Part shown: positions 40,881-55,897 of the stretch, in pieces
Numbering within the stretch: the stretch's first letter is position 1
How the letters are laid out: each line of letters opens with the position of its first letter
From: Octopus sinensis
Taxonomy: Eukaryota
Direction: 5' to 3'
Assembly (NCBI RefSeq): GCF_006345805.1
Contig: NC_043011.1
Coordinates: forward strand, 27,664,464-27,728,463
Length of the DNA stretch: 64,000 nucleotides
Notes under the pieces: generated by a model
What the model saw: the letters and a program-made list of their open reading frames with translations, nothing else
What the model was told of the DNA's origin: nothing
Database searches by the model: none
Made by a program: the position numbers and the translations under genes

Positions 40881-41317
40881 AGAAGTAAGACCATAAGTCC
40901 TATGTAAATCCATGTAGGTTTAATTCCAGAAGTAGGTGCGGACGTAACAACGTTCAATAACAGAATGGTAGCGGAGGTGGCTATTAAATTGTAAAACGAA
41001 GGAAAATTAATAAATAGAAAGTGTAGTATTAGTTTGGAACTAAGGATAACATAAGGTAAATAAGGAGATAGTGTTTACGAATATAGTGTATAAAAATAAC
41101 CAAGATAAACAAATAGATAAATATATAAGAGTAAGTAAGGATAGAAGGGGAGGAGGTAAAGGAAGATAAAGTAAAAGCGCAAAATGTAGTAAAATGAAAG
41201 GAATTCAAAGAGAATAGTATGCACCAGTAGCATTCTTCTAGCCTGTAGGCGTTGGAGAGGATATCAAGTAGTAAGTGCTTGTGGCTAAGGTCAGTGTTTC
41301 TCTTCTCTTTTTTTTTC

Positions 41318-41692
41318 TCTTTTTACTTGTTTCAGTCATTTTGACTGCGGCCATGCTGGAGCACCGCCTTTAATCGAGCAACTCGACCCCGGGACTTATT
41401 CTTTGTAAGCACAGTACTTATTCTATCGGTCTCTTTTGCTGAACCGCTAAGTGACGGGGACATAAACACGCCAGCATCGGTTGTCAAGCAATGCTAGGGG
41501 GAAAAACACGGACACACAAACATACACGCACATACATATACATACATATATATATTCTTTCAGTTTTCGTCTACCAAATCCACTCACAAGGCTTTGGTCG
41601 GCCCGAAGCTATAGTAGAAGTCACTTGCCCAAGGTGCCACGCAGTGGGACTGAACCCGGAACCATGTGGTTGGTAAACAAGCTACTTACCAC
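41318..41692 (-). mobile_element. SINE family A
   Basis: High similarity to 3077-3485. Confidence 0.9.
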
Positions 41693-41926
41693 AAGAAATT
41701 TTGTAGAAATATTTTTAGCAATGGAGGTATAGGTGTGCAGGTAGTCGTGAATGGAGAAACCAGTTAAATGTATATTATTTAGGAATAAGATTTAGAATTA
41801 AATATTTTATTTAATTCTAATTTTATTTATTAGGTTAAGGTTAAAAATAAATTAAAGAATTAACAAGTGATGAGGTGTATGTGTGTGTGTGCGTATATAT
41901 ATATGTGTGTGTGTATTTATATATAT

Positions 41927-41968
<42 letters not shown>

Positions 41969-42230
41969 TATACACACACATATATATATATATATGTATA
42001 TATATATACATATTATACATATGTATATTATACACACTACAAATATATATGTACCCGACATTATAGTGATTAATTATTCTGCGAGGAACGTTTACTTTCG
42101 CTGGAATTAACAATCGATTAATTTTTCTAATCCTTTTTCTTATCCCGTTATCCTTCTTTCGTATTGTGATGCACATATAATCATAGAATTCGACTATGTT
42201 ACCCATCTATTTTCAAATAATATCTATACC

Positions 42231-42462
42231 TATTTCTTTACTACCCACAAGGGGCTAAACACAGAGGGGACAAACAAGGACAGACATAGGTATTAAGTCG
42301 ATTACATCGACCCCAGTGCGTAACTGGTACTTAATTTATCGACCCCGAAAGGATGAAAGGCAAAGTCGACCTCGGCGGAATTTGAACTCAGAGTGTAACG
42401 GCAGACGAAATACGGCTACGCATTTCGCCCGGCGTGCTAACGTTTCTGCCAGCTCGCCGCCT
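42231..42462 (-). mobile_element. tRNA-derived SINE family B, full length
   Basis: Head GGCGGCGAGCTGGCAGAAACGTTAGC, B box GAGTTCAAATTCC, central gcctttcatcctttcggggtcgataaa domain. Confidence 0.9.
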
Positions 42463-43802
42463 TTTCAAATAATATCGTACACATATCAACCCGGTCAATC
42501 GACTCCGTTACTCATATACACATACATATATATATATATATTGCAATGTCCAGACACACTAGCGAACACACAACTGCTACTATCTTTATTTCGACAACCG
42601 ATCAGGACCTGTATATTGCACATAATTATCTATTTCTACTTACACTCTCATTGGTTCGAAACAACATATCAAATAGTCACTCTGGTATCACTTTAAATTC
42701 ATTACAACAACATAAAAAAAAGAAAAACAGCAAAAGAAGACATCAAATCTTTTTCATTGTTTTATAATTTCTCTATCTTGATAAATAGTCTGTCTAAAAC
42801 ATTGATGTTTTTATCTTCACCACACGGCCTAACACACTGACATGGGGTATTATTATTTCTTGTACCGTAATTCATTGTCTCCTCGGCAATGTTTATGTGT
42901 CTGTCTCCATCTTCCTATTTTCACACATACATACGTAGATATGTATGTGAATGTGTTCCATATATGTTTGTGCGTGTGTGCGCATATATATATATATATA
43001 TGTACATATACACACACATATAGGCATAATTATATGTTTGCGTTTGTATGTGTGGTGCGTATGCCTGTATATTTATTTACATTTATGAATATTTAAGTTT
43101 TCGTCTACTATCTTACCCCAAATCTATTGCTATTCTGTTAACATTAATTCATACGGACAAGATATATGATAGAATCTTCTCTTCTGATGAATAACAAACT
43201 ATATTGGTTGATGTTTATCTCGTTAAGCATTGGTAATCATTCATAAGCTGTGTGATATGGGGAAACAGAAATGATATTTTACTATTACACTGAAGCATGC
43301 ATACATTTAAATGTTTGATAAATAATTTGTGAAGAGCTGTGTTAATATGGTGGTGAAGTAAGATTTATCATATCCTACGCAAACGTGTTATACGTTTAAA
43401 TTCCAATAGGAAAGAGATTTGTTTGTCTGTATAAAACATTTCCGGAGTGTGTTCGATTGCATCAACTCCATTATATAAACTATTGCCCAATTTGTTGATT
43501 TCGGAAGGCAGCGTGCAGGAGATTATAATGAAAGCAGAATTATAACTCAGAACGTAAAGGGACATGAACTAAACACTGCAACGCATCTCGCCCAACTTTC
43601 TGCTAATGTGTGTCAGCAATGGTTTCTGACTTAGGCACCATCTGACGAGATATACCTACATATATTTGGTACATGTGTAAAATAAATCCCATTCATTTAC
43701 TTTCTAAAATTTTGTATAACGAAGGGCACATTAGCGAATGTATCTTTAGATATGCAATGAGTTATAAACGGGCAAATTATTTATTGCAGGAATGGTTTAG
43801 AT

Positions 43803-44128
43803 CAGTGGTCCCCAAACAGGTTTCATATAACCCCTGGGGGTGCATGTAAGAATTTGTAGGGTTTACGCCAGAAAATACTAAATTGGGGATCTATAGTAGT
43901 ATTTGAGAGGATGTTGAACATTTTTGTTTCGGGTATATTTATTGCAGGAGTCAGCTGTTTTTTCACTTTTTTCTCGAGCGCTTCGTGTAGTCCAACCTAC
44001 ACAAGTTAATGTATGACAAAACAAAATTGGAATTTGGAAATAAATCTCTTCAAATAGCTATAGGGATCCACCAGAGTAAAATAGTTATAAAAGGAATCTG
44101 TAGATAAAAAAATGGTTGGGAAACGCTA
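43803..44128. mobile_element. hAT (Charlie-like) MITE, old
   Basis: Ends CAGTGGTCCCCAAAC / ggttgggaaacgcta. Imperfect 8-bp TSD GTTTAGAT / GTCTAGGT (nTCTAGAn-like). Confidence 0.7.
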
Positions 44129-44473
44129 GTCTAGGTCATAAGTCAGCTTATTCATGGCGGGAGTACTTATTTGATTGATTCGAAAAGAAAAGAAAAAAAT
44201 GTTCCTCGGTGTGATTCGATCTCAAAACGTAATGGTTCGTGATCTAAGTACCACAAAATATTTTCTTATATGCTCTACAAATTTTACTAAATAAGAAAAG
44301 GGGGAACCGAAAATTGAGCAAATAGACAATAATTCATACATACCTTCATCATGATGCACTACTCCGTAGATTTTAAAGAACCGAAAATGCGATGTGCATG
44401 TAAATCGGAGTTCACGAGCATACCCTAAAAATGTAATACATACATATTTTTATACAGTACAGCATTTCAGTCC

Positions 44474-44538
44474 TACAGACAATGTATCGGTTTCTTAGAA
44501 ACTATAAATTCATATGATTCACTAATATCTTCAGTGTA
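44474..44538 (-). ncRNA. type I hammerhead ribozyme motif
   Basis: TACA-CTGAAGA-tattag...ctaa-GAAAC-cgatacatt-GTC-TGTA: core intact, stems II and III imperfect. Confidence 0.55.
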
Positions 44539-44702
44539 CATAATTATGTCAAATATAGTACGGAAACTATTGAGATCAAAATGTGTTTACGTGAGTTTAG
44601 CAACTTACTTGGATAGGTTTCGACCGAAATTGGCACAGATCATGATTAATTTACGTGTATGTCATGCATATATATGCATATATACATATACATACACACA
44701 CA

Positions 44703-44741
<39 letters not shown>

Positions 44742-44919
44742 TTAAATAATGAGGGAGATAAATTGAATATTAATTTAATTAAGGGCTAATAGTGGTTTTG
44801 TAGCCCTTTAAATATACATATATATATATATATACAAAATGAGAAAATGGAGAAACAACTAAATCAATCATCACACATGTATGTGTTTGTGATCTTAAAG
44901 CTTCAAAACATCACAAAAG

Positions 44920-45075
44920 CTGGCAGTGTCAAGTAAGAAGCTTGGTTTCTAACCATATGGTTCCGAGTTTAATCCCATTGCGTGACTCCTTGGTTAAGTA
45001 TCTTCTATCACTGCCTCGGGTTGGCCAAAGACTCGCGAGTGGATTGTGTAGGCTGAAACTGACAGAAGCCCGTCA
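44920..45075 (+). mobile_element. SINE family A head
   Basis: gtaagaagcttgg...aaccatatggttccgagtttaatccc...gaaactgacagaagcccgtc. Confidence 0.75.
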
Positions 45076-45087
45076 TATATACAAATG

Positions 45088-45170
<83 letters not shown>

Positions 45171-45771
45171 TACATCAATATATGTGCGTATGTATTCGTG
45201 TGTAATATTTTATATGAATCCGTGTAACAACTATTTAGTGATTTGTTAACAATCTGTTGCAAACTACACAGCATTATTTCACAATTTACACACAATATCT
45301 TAATTTTCTTCCTCTCTACCTCACAAGTTTGAATGCAAGCAAGATGACTCGCCGAATATACCTACATATTTTTTCTTAATCAACTGTATTTAATTAGTTG
45401 TTCAATAATTGTTATTAAAGTACCGGTAGATACAGCAAACAGCTGTGTCATTTATTAATTACTAGAATATAATTGAACTGTAATAGTTTTATTAGCTAAG
45501 AATATAATTGACTTTGAAGATATATATCGTTCAATTAGATACAATAGTAATTTTTTCTTCGAATATTCTAACCAGATAATGGTAGGACATTTATCTTTAA
45601 ATGGTAGACGTAGTAGAATTTATTTTTGTTTCCACTATTTTGATGATATGTGTGTAACTAGAGCAATTTTAGTTTGTACACGGAACTATGTTACTTGAAT
45701 CAAGATGGCGGTACTCTAACATAGCCATGGTTGGGATGTATGTATGTATGTATGTATGTGTGTAGCTATGT

Positions 45772-46055
45772 GATCACGTGACCGACCAGGCCATCAGACG
45801 TTGCTTCACATCGCTGGTCACAATGCGTTCGCATTGTTTTAGCCTTCGAATGACGCGAGCAGGCCAACAGAAGAAAGAGTGAGAGAAAGAGTGGTGAAAG
45901 AGTACAGCAGGGATCACCACCCCCTGCCGGAGCCTCGTGGAGCTTTAAGGTGTTTTCGCTCAATAAACACACACAACGCCCGGTCTGGGAATCGAAACCG
46001 CGATCCTACGACCGCGAGTTCGCTGCCCTAACCACTAGGCCATTGCGCCTCCACA
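45772..46055 (-). mobile_element. tRNA-derived SINE family C with 11-bp TSD
   Basis: Head GGAGGCGCAATGGCCTAGTGGTTAGGGC...GGTTTCGATTCCC. TSD TGTAGCTATGT at 45761-45771 and 46056-46066. Confidence 0.88.
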
Positions 46056-46077
46056 TGTAGCTATGTATGCATGTATA

Positions 46078-46812
<735 letters not shown>

Positions 46813-46911
46813 ATATATATATATATATATATATATATGAATTAGACAAAATGAGATAACAAAGCCCAGGCTGTGAGAGGTTTTCAGGACATTTATAAGG
46901 AAAAAGATATA

Positions 46912-46959
46912 ATCTTACAGCTGTTTCTGGTATATTATGTATATCCCTTCATCAGAGAC
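46912..46959 (-). ncRNA. type I hammerhead ribozyme within a Penelope-type 3' end (~46840-47330)
   Basis: GTCT-CTGATGA-agggatata(cataa)tatacca-GAAAC-AGCT-GTA-AGAT, with palindromic stem III ACAGCTGT. Confidence 0.82.
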
Positions 46960-47339
46960 GATGTTACACAATTAAATAGAGAGAAATATTCTGAGTTAGA
47001 AATAAGGTAGTATTATGGAAAAGGAGGAGATAGGGAATATAGAGAGAAACAAGAGAATCAAAGTAGAAAGATATTGTAGTTTCAGTTCTATTCTGGGAAA
47101 GTGGTGTATAGTGTATAGAAGTGCTAAAATAGTTTCCTGTACATGGTATGTAAGTTCAAGTAGTAGTTCATGTTTTGTCATTTCAAAGTATGGAGCCGTG
47201 GATTCTGTGTTGCTCATTCGAAAGTGTCTTGTGGTGTGAATAAAACTTTGAGAATGTATTAGTAGTAGTTATGGATAAATAGGGGAGGGAAGAGATGTGT
47301 ATGATTAGAATGAAGAGATAGGTCGAAATGAAAACGTGA

Positions 47340-47513
47340 AGGTAGTACCGTGACGACATTTTAGGACAGCTGCTAATCACATGCGTGATGTTTTCCACAG
47401 AAACCTGGCATAACTTACACATGCGGTTAGACCTTGGGATTACAAGAACATCATTCTCTCTGTTGTTCACCTGGTACTTTGTGGCAATCTCCTGTTCCTG
47501 GATTGCATACCCA

Positions 47514-47514
<1 letters not shown>
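47340..47514 (-). mobile_element. R4/Dong-like (RLE-type) LINE fragment, CCHC region
   Basis: YAIQEQEIATKY...CKLCQVSVENITHVISSCPKMSSRYY. Abuts (TATG)n. Confidence 0.7.
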
Positions 47515-47544
<30 letters not shown>

Positions 47545-47679
47545 TGTATGTATGTATGTATGTATGTATGTATGTATGTATATATGTATGTATGTATGTG
47601 TGTACATATGTGCTTGTATGTGTATGATTATATTTATGTATGTATCTGTGTCTAAATAGGCTTGTGGAGTTGTGTCAGT

Positions 47680-47710
<31 letters not shown>

Positions 47711-48879
47711 TTTGAGTGCGTCATAAATGACCGAGTAAGTGTGTATATACGTTGAAAATACGAAACAAGAATTAAACATGATTGAAAGTCTAAAAGAATA
47801 ACTGGAGAGACAGAAATACGTATTGAAAAAGGAAAAATAAAAAAAAATTATCAATATGATTTGAAGGCAATATATTCCAGTTAACGTAAAGAACAGTTAT
47901 CCTAAGAATAACGAAGAACAATAGTAAACAGCCACGATATTTATCATTATAGATCGAGATTTGATACAGTTAAATCAAGAAGAGAAAAATAACAAGAAAC
48001 AAAGACCGCTAAGATATTAGCATTAGAAATACGAACATATTGACTAACGGTTAATCAAACAAACAGCCGAATTGATAAGCGATAGGGGTAAAAATACATC
48101 GTATTGGGATGGTTGAGTAATTATGAATAGATAGACTATAATAGTTTATAATTCAGCTTAACCCTCAAAAATGGCTACTTACCACACATAATTGGAAAGG
48201 AATTATTTTAATGTGATAGATAACAGCACCCGCTTTGCCATGTATTTCAATTTCATGCTAAATGAGACATTACTCAGATGACTGGATATGATTTCTAATA
48301 GAAAATCTTCACTCTAATCGTTTGCATGACTTTGCATATGTATGAATTTAATCACTCCCGTTTTCTAGAAAATGAACTAGAAGGCGTGAGTGTTTGCATT
48401 CATTAGTATAAGGTCGTGGGTTTGATTGGAGTGTGGAGTATCTTTGAGGAAAAAAATATCATTTCACGTTGCTCTAGTATATTTAGATGAAATTAATACA
48501 AGTCGGGCGCTGCTGGCAAAATCCACTCCCAGGACAGATGTCCGATCCTGCTTGTTTCACTTAGTCAAGAATAGGAGGGTGTTTAATGCTGCTTCTTCGT
48601 GCAGATATCCCTCAATCAGTTTGATAAAGCATCGCACTTGCACGAAGTCGTACATGTTTGCAAGTGATATGTAAGCATGTATGTATATATGACAACACAT
48701 GACGATCTCTGGCTTGTCATAATGCGTTTGGTGCTTTTCCACTATATAGATAAGACGGATTTGCCCAAAATATGTAAGGAATGTTCATGCATCATACATT
48801 TTTCTCTTTGCATTCTAAGAAGGTATGTGCATATACGCGTTTGTACGTGCGTGTATGTGTTATAATATATATGTTCTTT

Positions 48880-49293
48880 TCTTCCTTTACTGTTTCAGTC
48901 ATTTGATTGCGCCATGCGTGAGCACCACTCTGATGGGTTTTAGTCTAACAACTCGACCCAAGGACTTTTTAAAGCCTAGTAGTTATTCTGCTAGTCTCTT
49001 TTGCTGAACCGCTAAGTTGCGATGACGTAAACAAACCAACACCTGTTGTCAAGCAGCGATGGTAGTGGTGGGGGACAAACACAGAAACAAAGACGTACAC
49101 ACACACTCAGACTTATACACACACATATACATATACACGACGGGCTTCTTTCAGTTTCCGTCCACAAAATCCATTCACAAAGCTTTGGTCATACCGATGC
49201 TATAGTAGAAGACACTTTCCCTAGGTGAGCCACGCAGTGAGATTGAACCACTGACTGTGGTAAGGAAGCAAGCTTTTTACCACACAGACATCG
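48880..49293 (-). mobile_element. SINE family A
   Basis: Homologous to 3077-3485. Confidence 0.85.
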
Positions 49294-50053
49294 CTTTTTC
49301 ATATACCTCTACATGTGCATTTAAATGGACATGCCAAGAGGGCTTACTGTAAACCGGTAATGTTTGTTGTCTCTGACCAATTTGCCTTAATTTTCTTCTT
49401 GCCCATTTTCTTCAAACATTTAAAGTGTGCTATAAAATTTAGCGATCAGATACTTTTGTGGTTCTATCTCAATCATACATGAAGATATAGACTGACTGCA
49501 ATCTCAAGCTGACTCCGGACCTTTCATTTTAGTGAGTACAAAGTCACGTGCATCTATAACAATGAATAACACCACTGATACGAAATCTGAAGCAAGTATT
49601 TTATGAGTACTGCGATATATATGTCCATTGCAAAGCGAAGGAGAGATATTATATCAGTAATTTTTGGTTCAGAGGTACACGCACACACAAACCCACACCC
49701 TTGCGCGCGCGTAATATAGCATACAAGTTACCAAAATATATTGTGTGGGCGTGTCTGTATACAAACGTATGTATGTATGTATGTATGTATGTATGTATGT
49801 ATGTATGTATGTATGTATGTATGTGTGTGTGTGTGATTGTGTGTGTGTGTGTATATGTATAAGATTGAAGGATCGAGTCGAGGTGTAGGAAGAAAGTTAG
49901 CTTCGAGCAATCCGTAGTAAAACAACTTTCAGGGACAATAGTGGTTTATTGAGATGGAACATTGTAGATTTTTTCATATGGAAGTACGATAACCTGAAAA
50001 AAAGTTTATATTTCACGGTAGGTGACCAGATTTGCCGGGTATGCGAATAAGAA

Positions 50054-50236
50054 TGCAAAAGTTAAGGAATGGAGTAGATAAGATCCGGGCTACATATGTT
50101 TCATGGCGAGCTGAAGCTCGGAAATGGAAAAATATCCAAACGAGGTCTATACTGCAGGCTACTCTTCAAGCCAAAGATAACTTTACCATGAAAGATGTTG
50201 CCCGGATCTTATCTACTCCATTCTTTAACTCTTGTA
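50054..50236. repeat. ~50-bp inverted repeat enclosing a hammerhead motif (50088-50172, minus)
   Basis: Arms 50054-50106 and 50185-50236. GGC-TTGAAGA-...-GAAAC-ATAT-GTA-GCC. Confidence 0.7.
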
Positions 50237-50238
50237 AA

Positions 50239-50331
<93 letters not shown>

Positions 50332-50449
50332 AGAAAACACACGCATATGGTTCTCTGCTTATTATTATGTTGAGTCAAGAGTTTTGCAATATTTTCGTAA
50401 TTTATTTGCTGTACTCTTCAAACTACCACAAATGCAGCCTGCATTTAAC

Positions 50450-51135
50450 TTAGAGGTCATCATATTGCACAGTCTGAAATCAGCTTTCTGTCAGTTCTTT
50501 CATCCCATGTAGATATTATTTCTTGTGCTTCGATGGAAAGAATGCTTTCGCTCTAGCTTCCAAGTTCTCTTGGTTGATGAAGCATCGTGAGTATCGGAAG
50601 TGAACCATGGATCAGAACAAGTGAAGATCCGAGAGAGCTAGGTCCAGTCTATATGCTGGGTATGGCATCAGTTCGATTCCCTCAAGTTCTGTGAGGGCTT
50701 GCTCGATCGGTATGAAGTCCTGCGTTGTCTTGCTGCCGCAGAGCCCACTTTCTGTTAATCAATGTCAGGTATTTGTACCACACACTAGCATGCATCTGCT
50801 CCAACCTTTCGGAGAAGGGAACGAACACGTACTGAATTATTTTCTCATAATTCCACCTAACGCAGAGCATCTGCTTGTGTACAGAACGCTCATGTACGGC
50901 AACACTTTTCGGAAACTGCCCTTTGTTTAACCACTGCTTATGCACGTTAGGATTGCGGAAAAATATCAAATTATTGCTCATTCCAATCCATGGGTCACTT
51001 CCTAAGCTAAAATGAGGTGGAAAAAGTTTTGCGAACGAATTCTTCACCTCAAAGGACAAGAGCTGGTATCAGTGTTGTATCAAAGAACTAGCAGAAAAGT
51101 GTCTTCAGTTGATGTAATACGACAGTTTCTCCTTT
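50450..51135 (-). mobile_element. mariner transposase remnant plus a second, inverted C-terminal piece
   Basis: KQMLCVRWN, QQDNAGLH and PYPAYRLDLALSDLHLF on minus. EFFTSKDKSWY..IKELAE on plus at ~51025-51135. Confidence 0.75.
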
Positions 51136-52859
51136 GTATGCTAGGCTGATTTTATCCTATCTTGAGAGACAAAGGAAATAGTTACCAAACTATGTCCAAT
51201 TTAGTCAAACTCCTGTAGAAATCAAATTATTTATGGATACGAGACAGAATGTTAATTTATTTGTAAGCATCTTGTAAATTGTAACTACATAAACAAATAA
51301 TAGCTGTGGGTGCATAAGATAAAGTTTACTGATTAAATTAGAAAGCTCTGCTTTGAAAGTAATTTGACCCTCTGCTGGCACTTTGGGTAAACATTTCCTT
51401 GGATGTACTGACTGGGATTTTTTTTTTCAAGAACTAAGCAATGTGCATAGAAATACACACTGCATTGAACCAAATGGCAAAACCTGTGCTGACATCCTAT
51501 AGTGAGTCAACAAATTTTAATTAAGTAAAATAATACACAAAAAATAACTGCTAGAAGGAGAGAAGACAAACCGCAGAGCCTCATTAACTATAATTAATTA
51601 AAAACAGAATGTGGACTGCAAAGATAGGAGTAGCTCGGTAAACGTATACTTGTTTTGAATTGCCATATTAATTCAGTATATGAACTATTCATTCTTAATA
51701 CGACGAGGCAGATTCGAACAAGTGTAATCACTGTTGTTTGCGCTGAAATTTAATATTATCCTGGGATAATATTATCCGCGCGTAGCTGCTGTTGCGCCCA
51801 CACGAAACTTGCAAGCCACTGTTTGGTCACCGTTGCTATACAGAAATATTAATGTTCCATTATCTCTGTACAAAATATGGATTTTCTTTCTATTTCACAA
51901 TGTATTCTAAATGAAAAAATCAGGTTCCCAATAAACCTACTCTTTTAAATTAGATATATTTAATTAATAGACCAATAAGAGTTATTGAAAACAGCGATGA
52001 ATAAAACCAATCAAATATCATCTATTAATTAGAGCAATATAATTCAATCGTAAAGGCTTTCGCAATCTAATAACATAATTAAATTTGAAGGTATATTATT
52101 CAATTAAATATAGCGATAACAGTTTCTATGAATATTTTGAAGAGAAAATGACAGGATAATTATCTTTAGCAGATAGTATATATCACAATTTTTTTGTCTT
52201 CATTTTGGTGATGACACGAGGTGATAAATAAAGATATTTTCCTTTGATCACGGATGAATGTATGTAATGAATGCTTGAACACAGCCACAGAAATGCAGAA
52301 ATGCTGAAAACCAAAGGAGTGTGTATATGCTCATACATAAACAGCTGTCCGACTTATAATACGTTTTTCCACCTCTTTAATTTTCTCTGTCGTTTGTACT
52401 CTTTGTAATTTGGGCCTATTAATATAAATATCTCTATATTTATACTTACAAAATTCATCATCTGAAAGTCTCCACCTTATGTTTTCTCTTGTTTAAGCTA
52501 ATGCAATTTGTTTATGTGCATAATTGCCTCTATATCCGCTGAACTTGATCTCTCTTATAACCTATCTTTACCTTGTGGAATCGATACCTCGTAAACATAG
52601 CTAAGTGTCTTCTATACCGAGAATTTCTGGACCCCACCTGTGGACTACATACATGCACACACGCATGTATGTATGTGTATGAAGTTGTGTGTTCGTGTGC
52701 GTGTGTGTGTGTATGTGTGTGTGTGTGCGTGTGTGTGTGTTTATATAGGCAAGCCTGCATACATGTGTGCTTGCAAATATGTATATGTCTATGTAAACAC
52801 TCATGTTGGAATCTTTGACATCAACTGTAGAGCCGGGTTATAAACTACAAGGTGTAAGT

Positions 52860-54040
52860 TTCGCAAATTTTGATTACTGATATACTGAAGCCACAACCAA
52901 AACGAAAAGAAAGGTTCAACTTTCAGATATCTCATATATCTTTACACGTAATGGTCACAAGTTCTCTTGAGACCTTGTAGCCTGGAATAATTTTCTTCAC
53001 CTTGGAAAAGAATAAACGGTCTGCCAATTTTTTCGAATACAGTCCAGTTACGTCTACGTTAAAAATCTGTTCGGGAAGAAACCCGTTTTCTTCGATGATT
53101 CTTCTTTTAATGGATTAGGAAACTCACCTTGCTTCTTAATGGAGTGATAACTTCTTCGCTCCTTAAATCTCATGAACCATACTTGATTTGCCTTATCTGG
53201 ATATTTTTTCTTCAGGATCTTAAACAAAGACAACGCTTTCTTTTGAATGACTTTTTGACTAATAGTAGCACGCTGACGATTCAACCTAACAATCCAAAGA
53301 GGAAGAAGACTTTCCATTTCTTGAAAAGATTTTGCCTTTTTTCTTATTGATGAGAGTGTTCTTCATCCTTGGGGCTACAGATTTGATATGTGCTAAAATT
53401 TTCCCCTTAATATGTACAATCGTCGATACAGTTGTCCAACTCATCCCAAATGATCGTGCAATTACTACCACTTTTTCACCTTTTTCATGGCGTTTTATCA
53501 TGGCCAGTTTATCTCCCAGCGTTATAGCATGACGCTTAGCATTTTCACTATGAATTTTCTTAGAAGCCATGGGGGCAAAACATAAAGTCACAAATGAATA
53601 AGAATGAGAAAGTAGCCTATAAACAGTTGTAAGCAAATCTGAATTCAAAACAAACGCGGGAATCACGAGTGACAATGACACCTAACGGTAGATATTTTTT
53701 CTACAGTACAATATGAGCTCCGAAAAAACCGATAAATAACACATCTGATTTCATGATTTCGTTCACTAAGCTACGTTACTTTATGGTGTGTGTCATAACA
53801 TTTACTGCAGGTATTTTAATGTAATTTTATATGCTTTTATTCTTATTTATTGTACAGTAACATTTTAAGTGCTTTTAACGGTTTTCTTGTGATTTTACGA
53901 TTTCAATATTTGTGGTGGACAGACGTAAAGTCAAGTAAAATGACTTAACTTGATTATAATTTTACCATAATTTATTTTTGAAAACCGACGTATAATCGAG
54001 AACGGCTAAAATCGAAACGACTAAAGTCGAGGTATGCCTG
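52860..54040 (-). mobile_element. Tigger/pogo-like transposon 5' part (CENP-B-type HTH and start of DDE)
   Basis: TIR CAGGCATACCTCG at 54040. KRHAITLGDKLAMIKRHEKGEK..IARSFGMSWTTVSTI, IQKKALSLF, WFMRFKER, IFNVDVTGLY. Confidence 0.88.
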
Positions 54041-54180
54041 TGTGTAAGTATGCATGTATGTATATATGTATGTATGTGTATGTATGTATGTATGTATGTA
54101 TGTATGTATGTATGTATGTATGTATGTATGTATGTGTATATATATATATATATAAAATTAATATTAGGGAGTATAAATTA

Positions 54181-54215
<35 letters not shown>

Positions 54216-54775
54216 TACATACACAAAACATATCTAAAACAGAGAGAGAAAGTGGCGAAGGGGAAAAAAAAATCTGCCGTTACTTTAATAATTTTCATTG
54301 AAGATGCAAGTGCGTGGAGTTTCGTTATTTTTATCTAACAATTTCCATATTCGTTTATTAGTCACTTGGGTCTAATTTGGAAATATTAGCGTTCCTAACG
54401 TCATTAATGTCTAATGCCCTTATCGGCCGGTCATATCTCGTACGCGAAATGGTGATATGAACGTGTTGATTTTACGATAATTGCTTCAGTCAGGTACTCA
54501 TCTCTGTGGTCCCTTGCTGCCACCTGCAAAACTCCGCAATAGCGACTCCCATTTCAGAACTTTGTTACTGCTTCTCGACCAACACTGTATTGAATCTTCA
54601 ATGGGTTCATAACCGTTGTTGATTCAAATAAAATATATGTGACTAATAATTAATTATGAAGAATCAATAATTTTGAAAATGAGATTGGAATACTGCTGTG
54701 CCTTAATATATATGTCTGTGCATGTCTTTTGAGTGAGTGGTTGTGTGATGGTGGTTGTGTTTATATATATATATA

Positions 54776-55147
54776 CACTACCGTCAGAAATTAATTAGCA
54801 CCCTTGATTTGCTCTTCACTCAAGGTATGTGCTGTCACCTAGTGGCCATATCTCGAACTATTGCTTTGTTGCGAGTTCACTGTTGCGCAGAACGATGATG
54901 TAACTTTGTTTGCAGAACAGTTTGAGAGTCTACAGCCTTATGATGTTGACATAGCAGTGCAACAACAACTGCGGATGCAGACAAATTCCTTTGTTTAATA
55001 GATATAGGTAGCGCCTCGCAAGGACCGAAATCACACCATACTAAGTTTTCTCATCGCGTAAGACGTTTTGAACAGCTCATAGGTTAATTGATTTAACCTA
55101 TTTAATGTAGAAATTTGAGAAGTGCTAATTAATTTCTGACGCAAGTG
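54776..55147. mobile_element. Tc1/mariner-type MITE in (TA)n
   Basis: TIRs CACTACCGTCAGAAATTAATTAGCAC / GTGCTAATTAATTTCTGACGCAAGTG with TA on both sides. Confidence 0.88.
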
Positions 55148-55194
55148 TATATATATATATATATGCACACACACATATTTATATACTTATTCCA

Positions 55195-55392
55195 AATTTT
55201 TGCCTCAAGGGAAGCTTGGGAGAGGTGGGGATGAGTCGATTATATCGACCCCAGTGTTCGGATGGTACTTATTATCGACCCTGAAAGGATGGAAAACAAA
55301 GTCGACCTCGGTAAAATTTGAACTCGGAACGTAGCAGCAGGTGAAATACCACTAAGCATTTCGCCCGAACGATTCTACCAGCTCGCTGCCTT
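55195..55392 (-). mobile_element. SINE family B
   Basis: Homologous to 42231-42462. Confidence 0.85.
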
Positions 55393-55474
55393 TTATACAT
55401 ATATATGTTTTTCGATAACATGAAGACGAAACGATATCTACCTTATTCCATTCAAAAAATATTCTTTTCTTTTC

Positions 55475-55866
55475 TACTCTAGGCACAAGGCCCGGACTTT
55501 TGGAGAGTGAGGGTCAGTCGATTAGATTGACTCCAGTACGCAACTGGTGCTTAATTTATCGAACACGAAAGGATGAAAGGCAAAGTCGACCTCGGCGGAA
55601 TTTGAACCCAGAGCGTCGAGATAGACGAAATACCTATTTCTTTACTACCCACATGGGGCTACACATAGAGAGGACAAACAAGGACAGACAAACGGATTAA
55701 GTCGATTATATCGACCCCAGTGCGTAACTGGCACTTCTGTAATCGACCCCGAACGGATGAAAGGCAAAGTCGACCTCGACGGAATTTGAACTCAGAACGT
55801 AGCAGCAGACGAAATACCGCAAAGCATTTCACCCAGCGTGCTAACGTTTCTGCCAGCTCGCCGCCT
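55475..55866 (-). mobile_element. SINE family B tandem dimer
   Basis: Two units joined at acgaaatac|ctatttcttt. Confidence 0.88.
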
Positions 55867-55897
55867 TGTTTCCTAGAGAATATTGATTCATTCTGTG

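Noticed and set aside
43640-43690. CTGACGA here, and CTGANGA at 11549, 15759, 25306, 43184 and 63382
   Set aside because: No correctly placed GAAA plus closing stems. Consistent with chance 7-mers.
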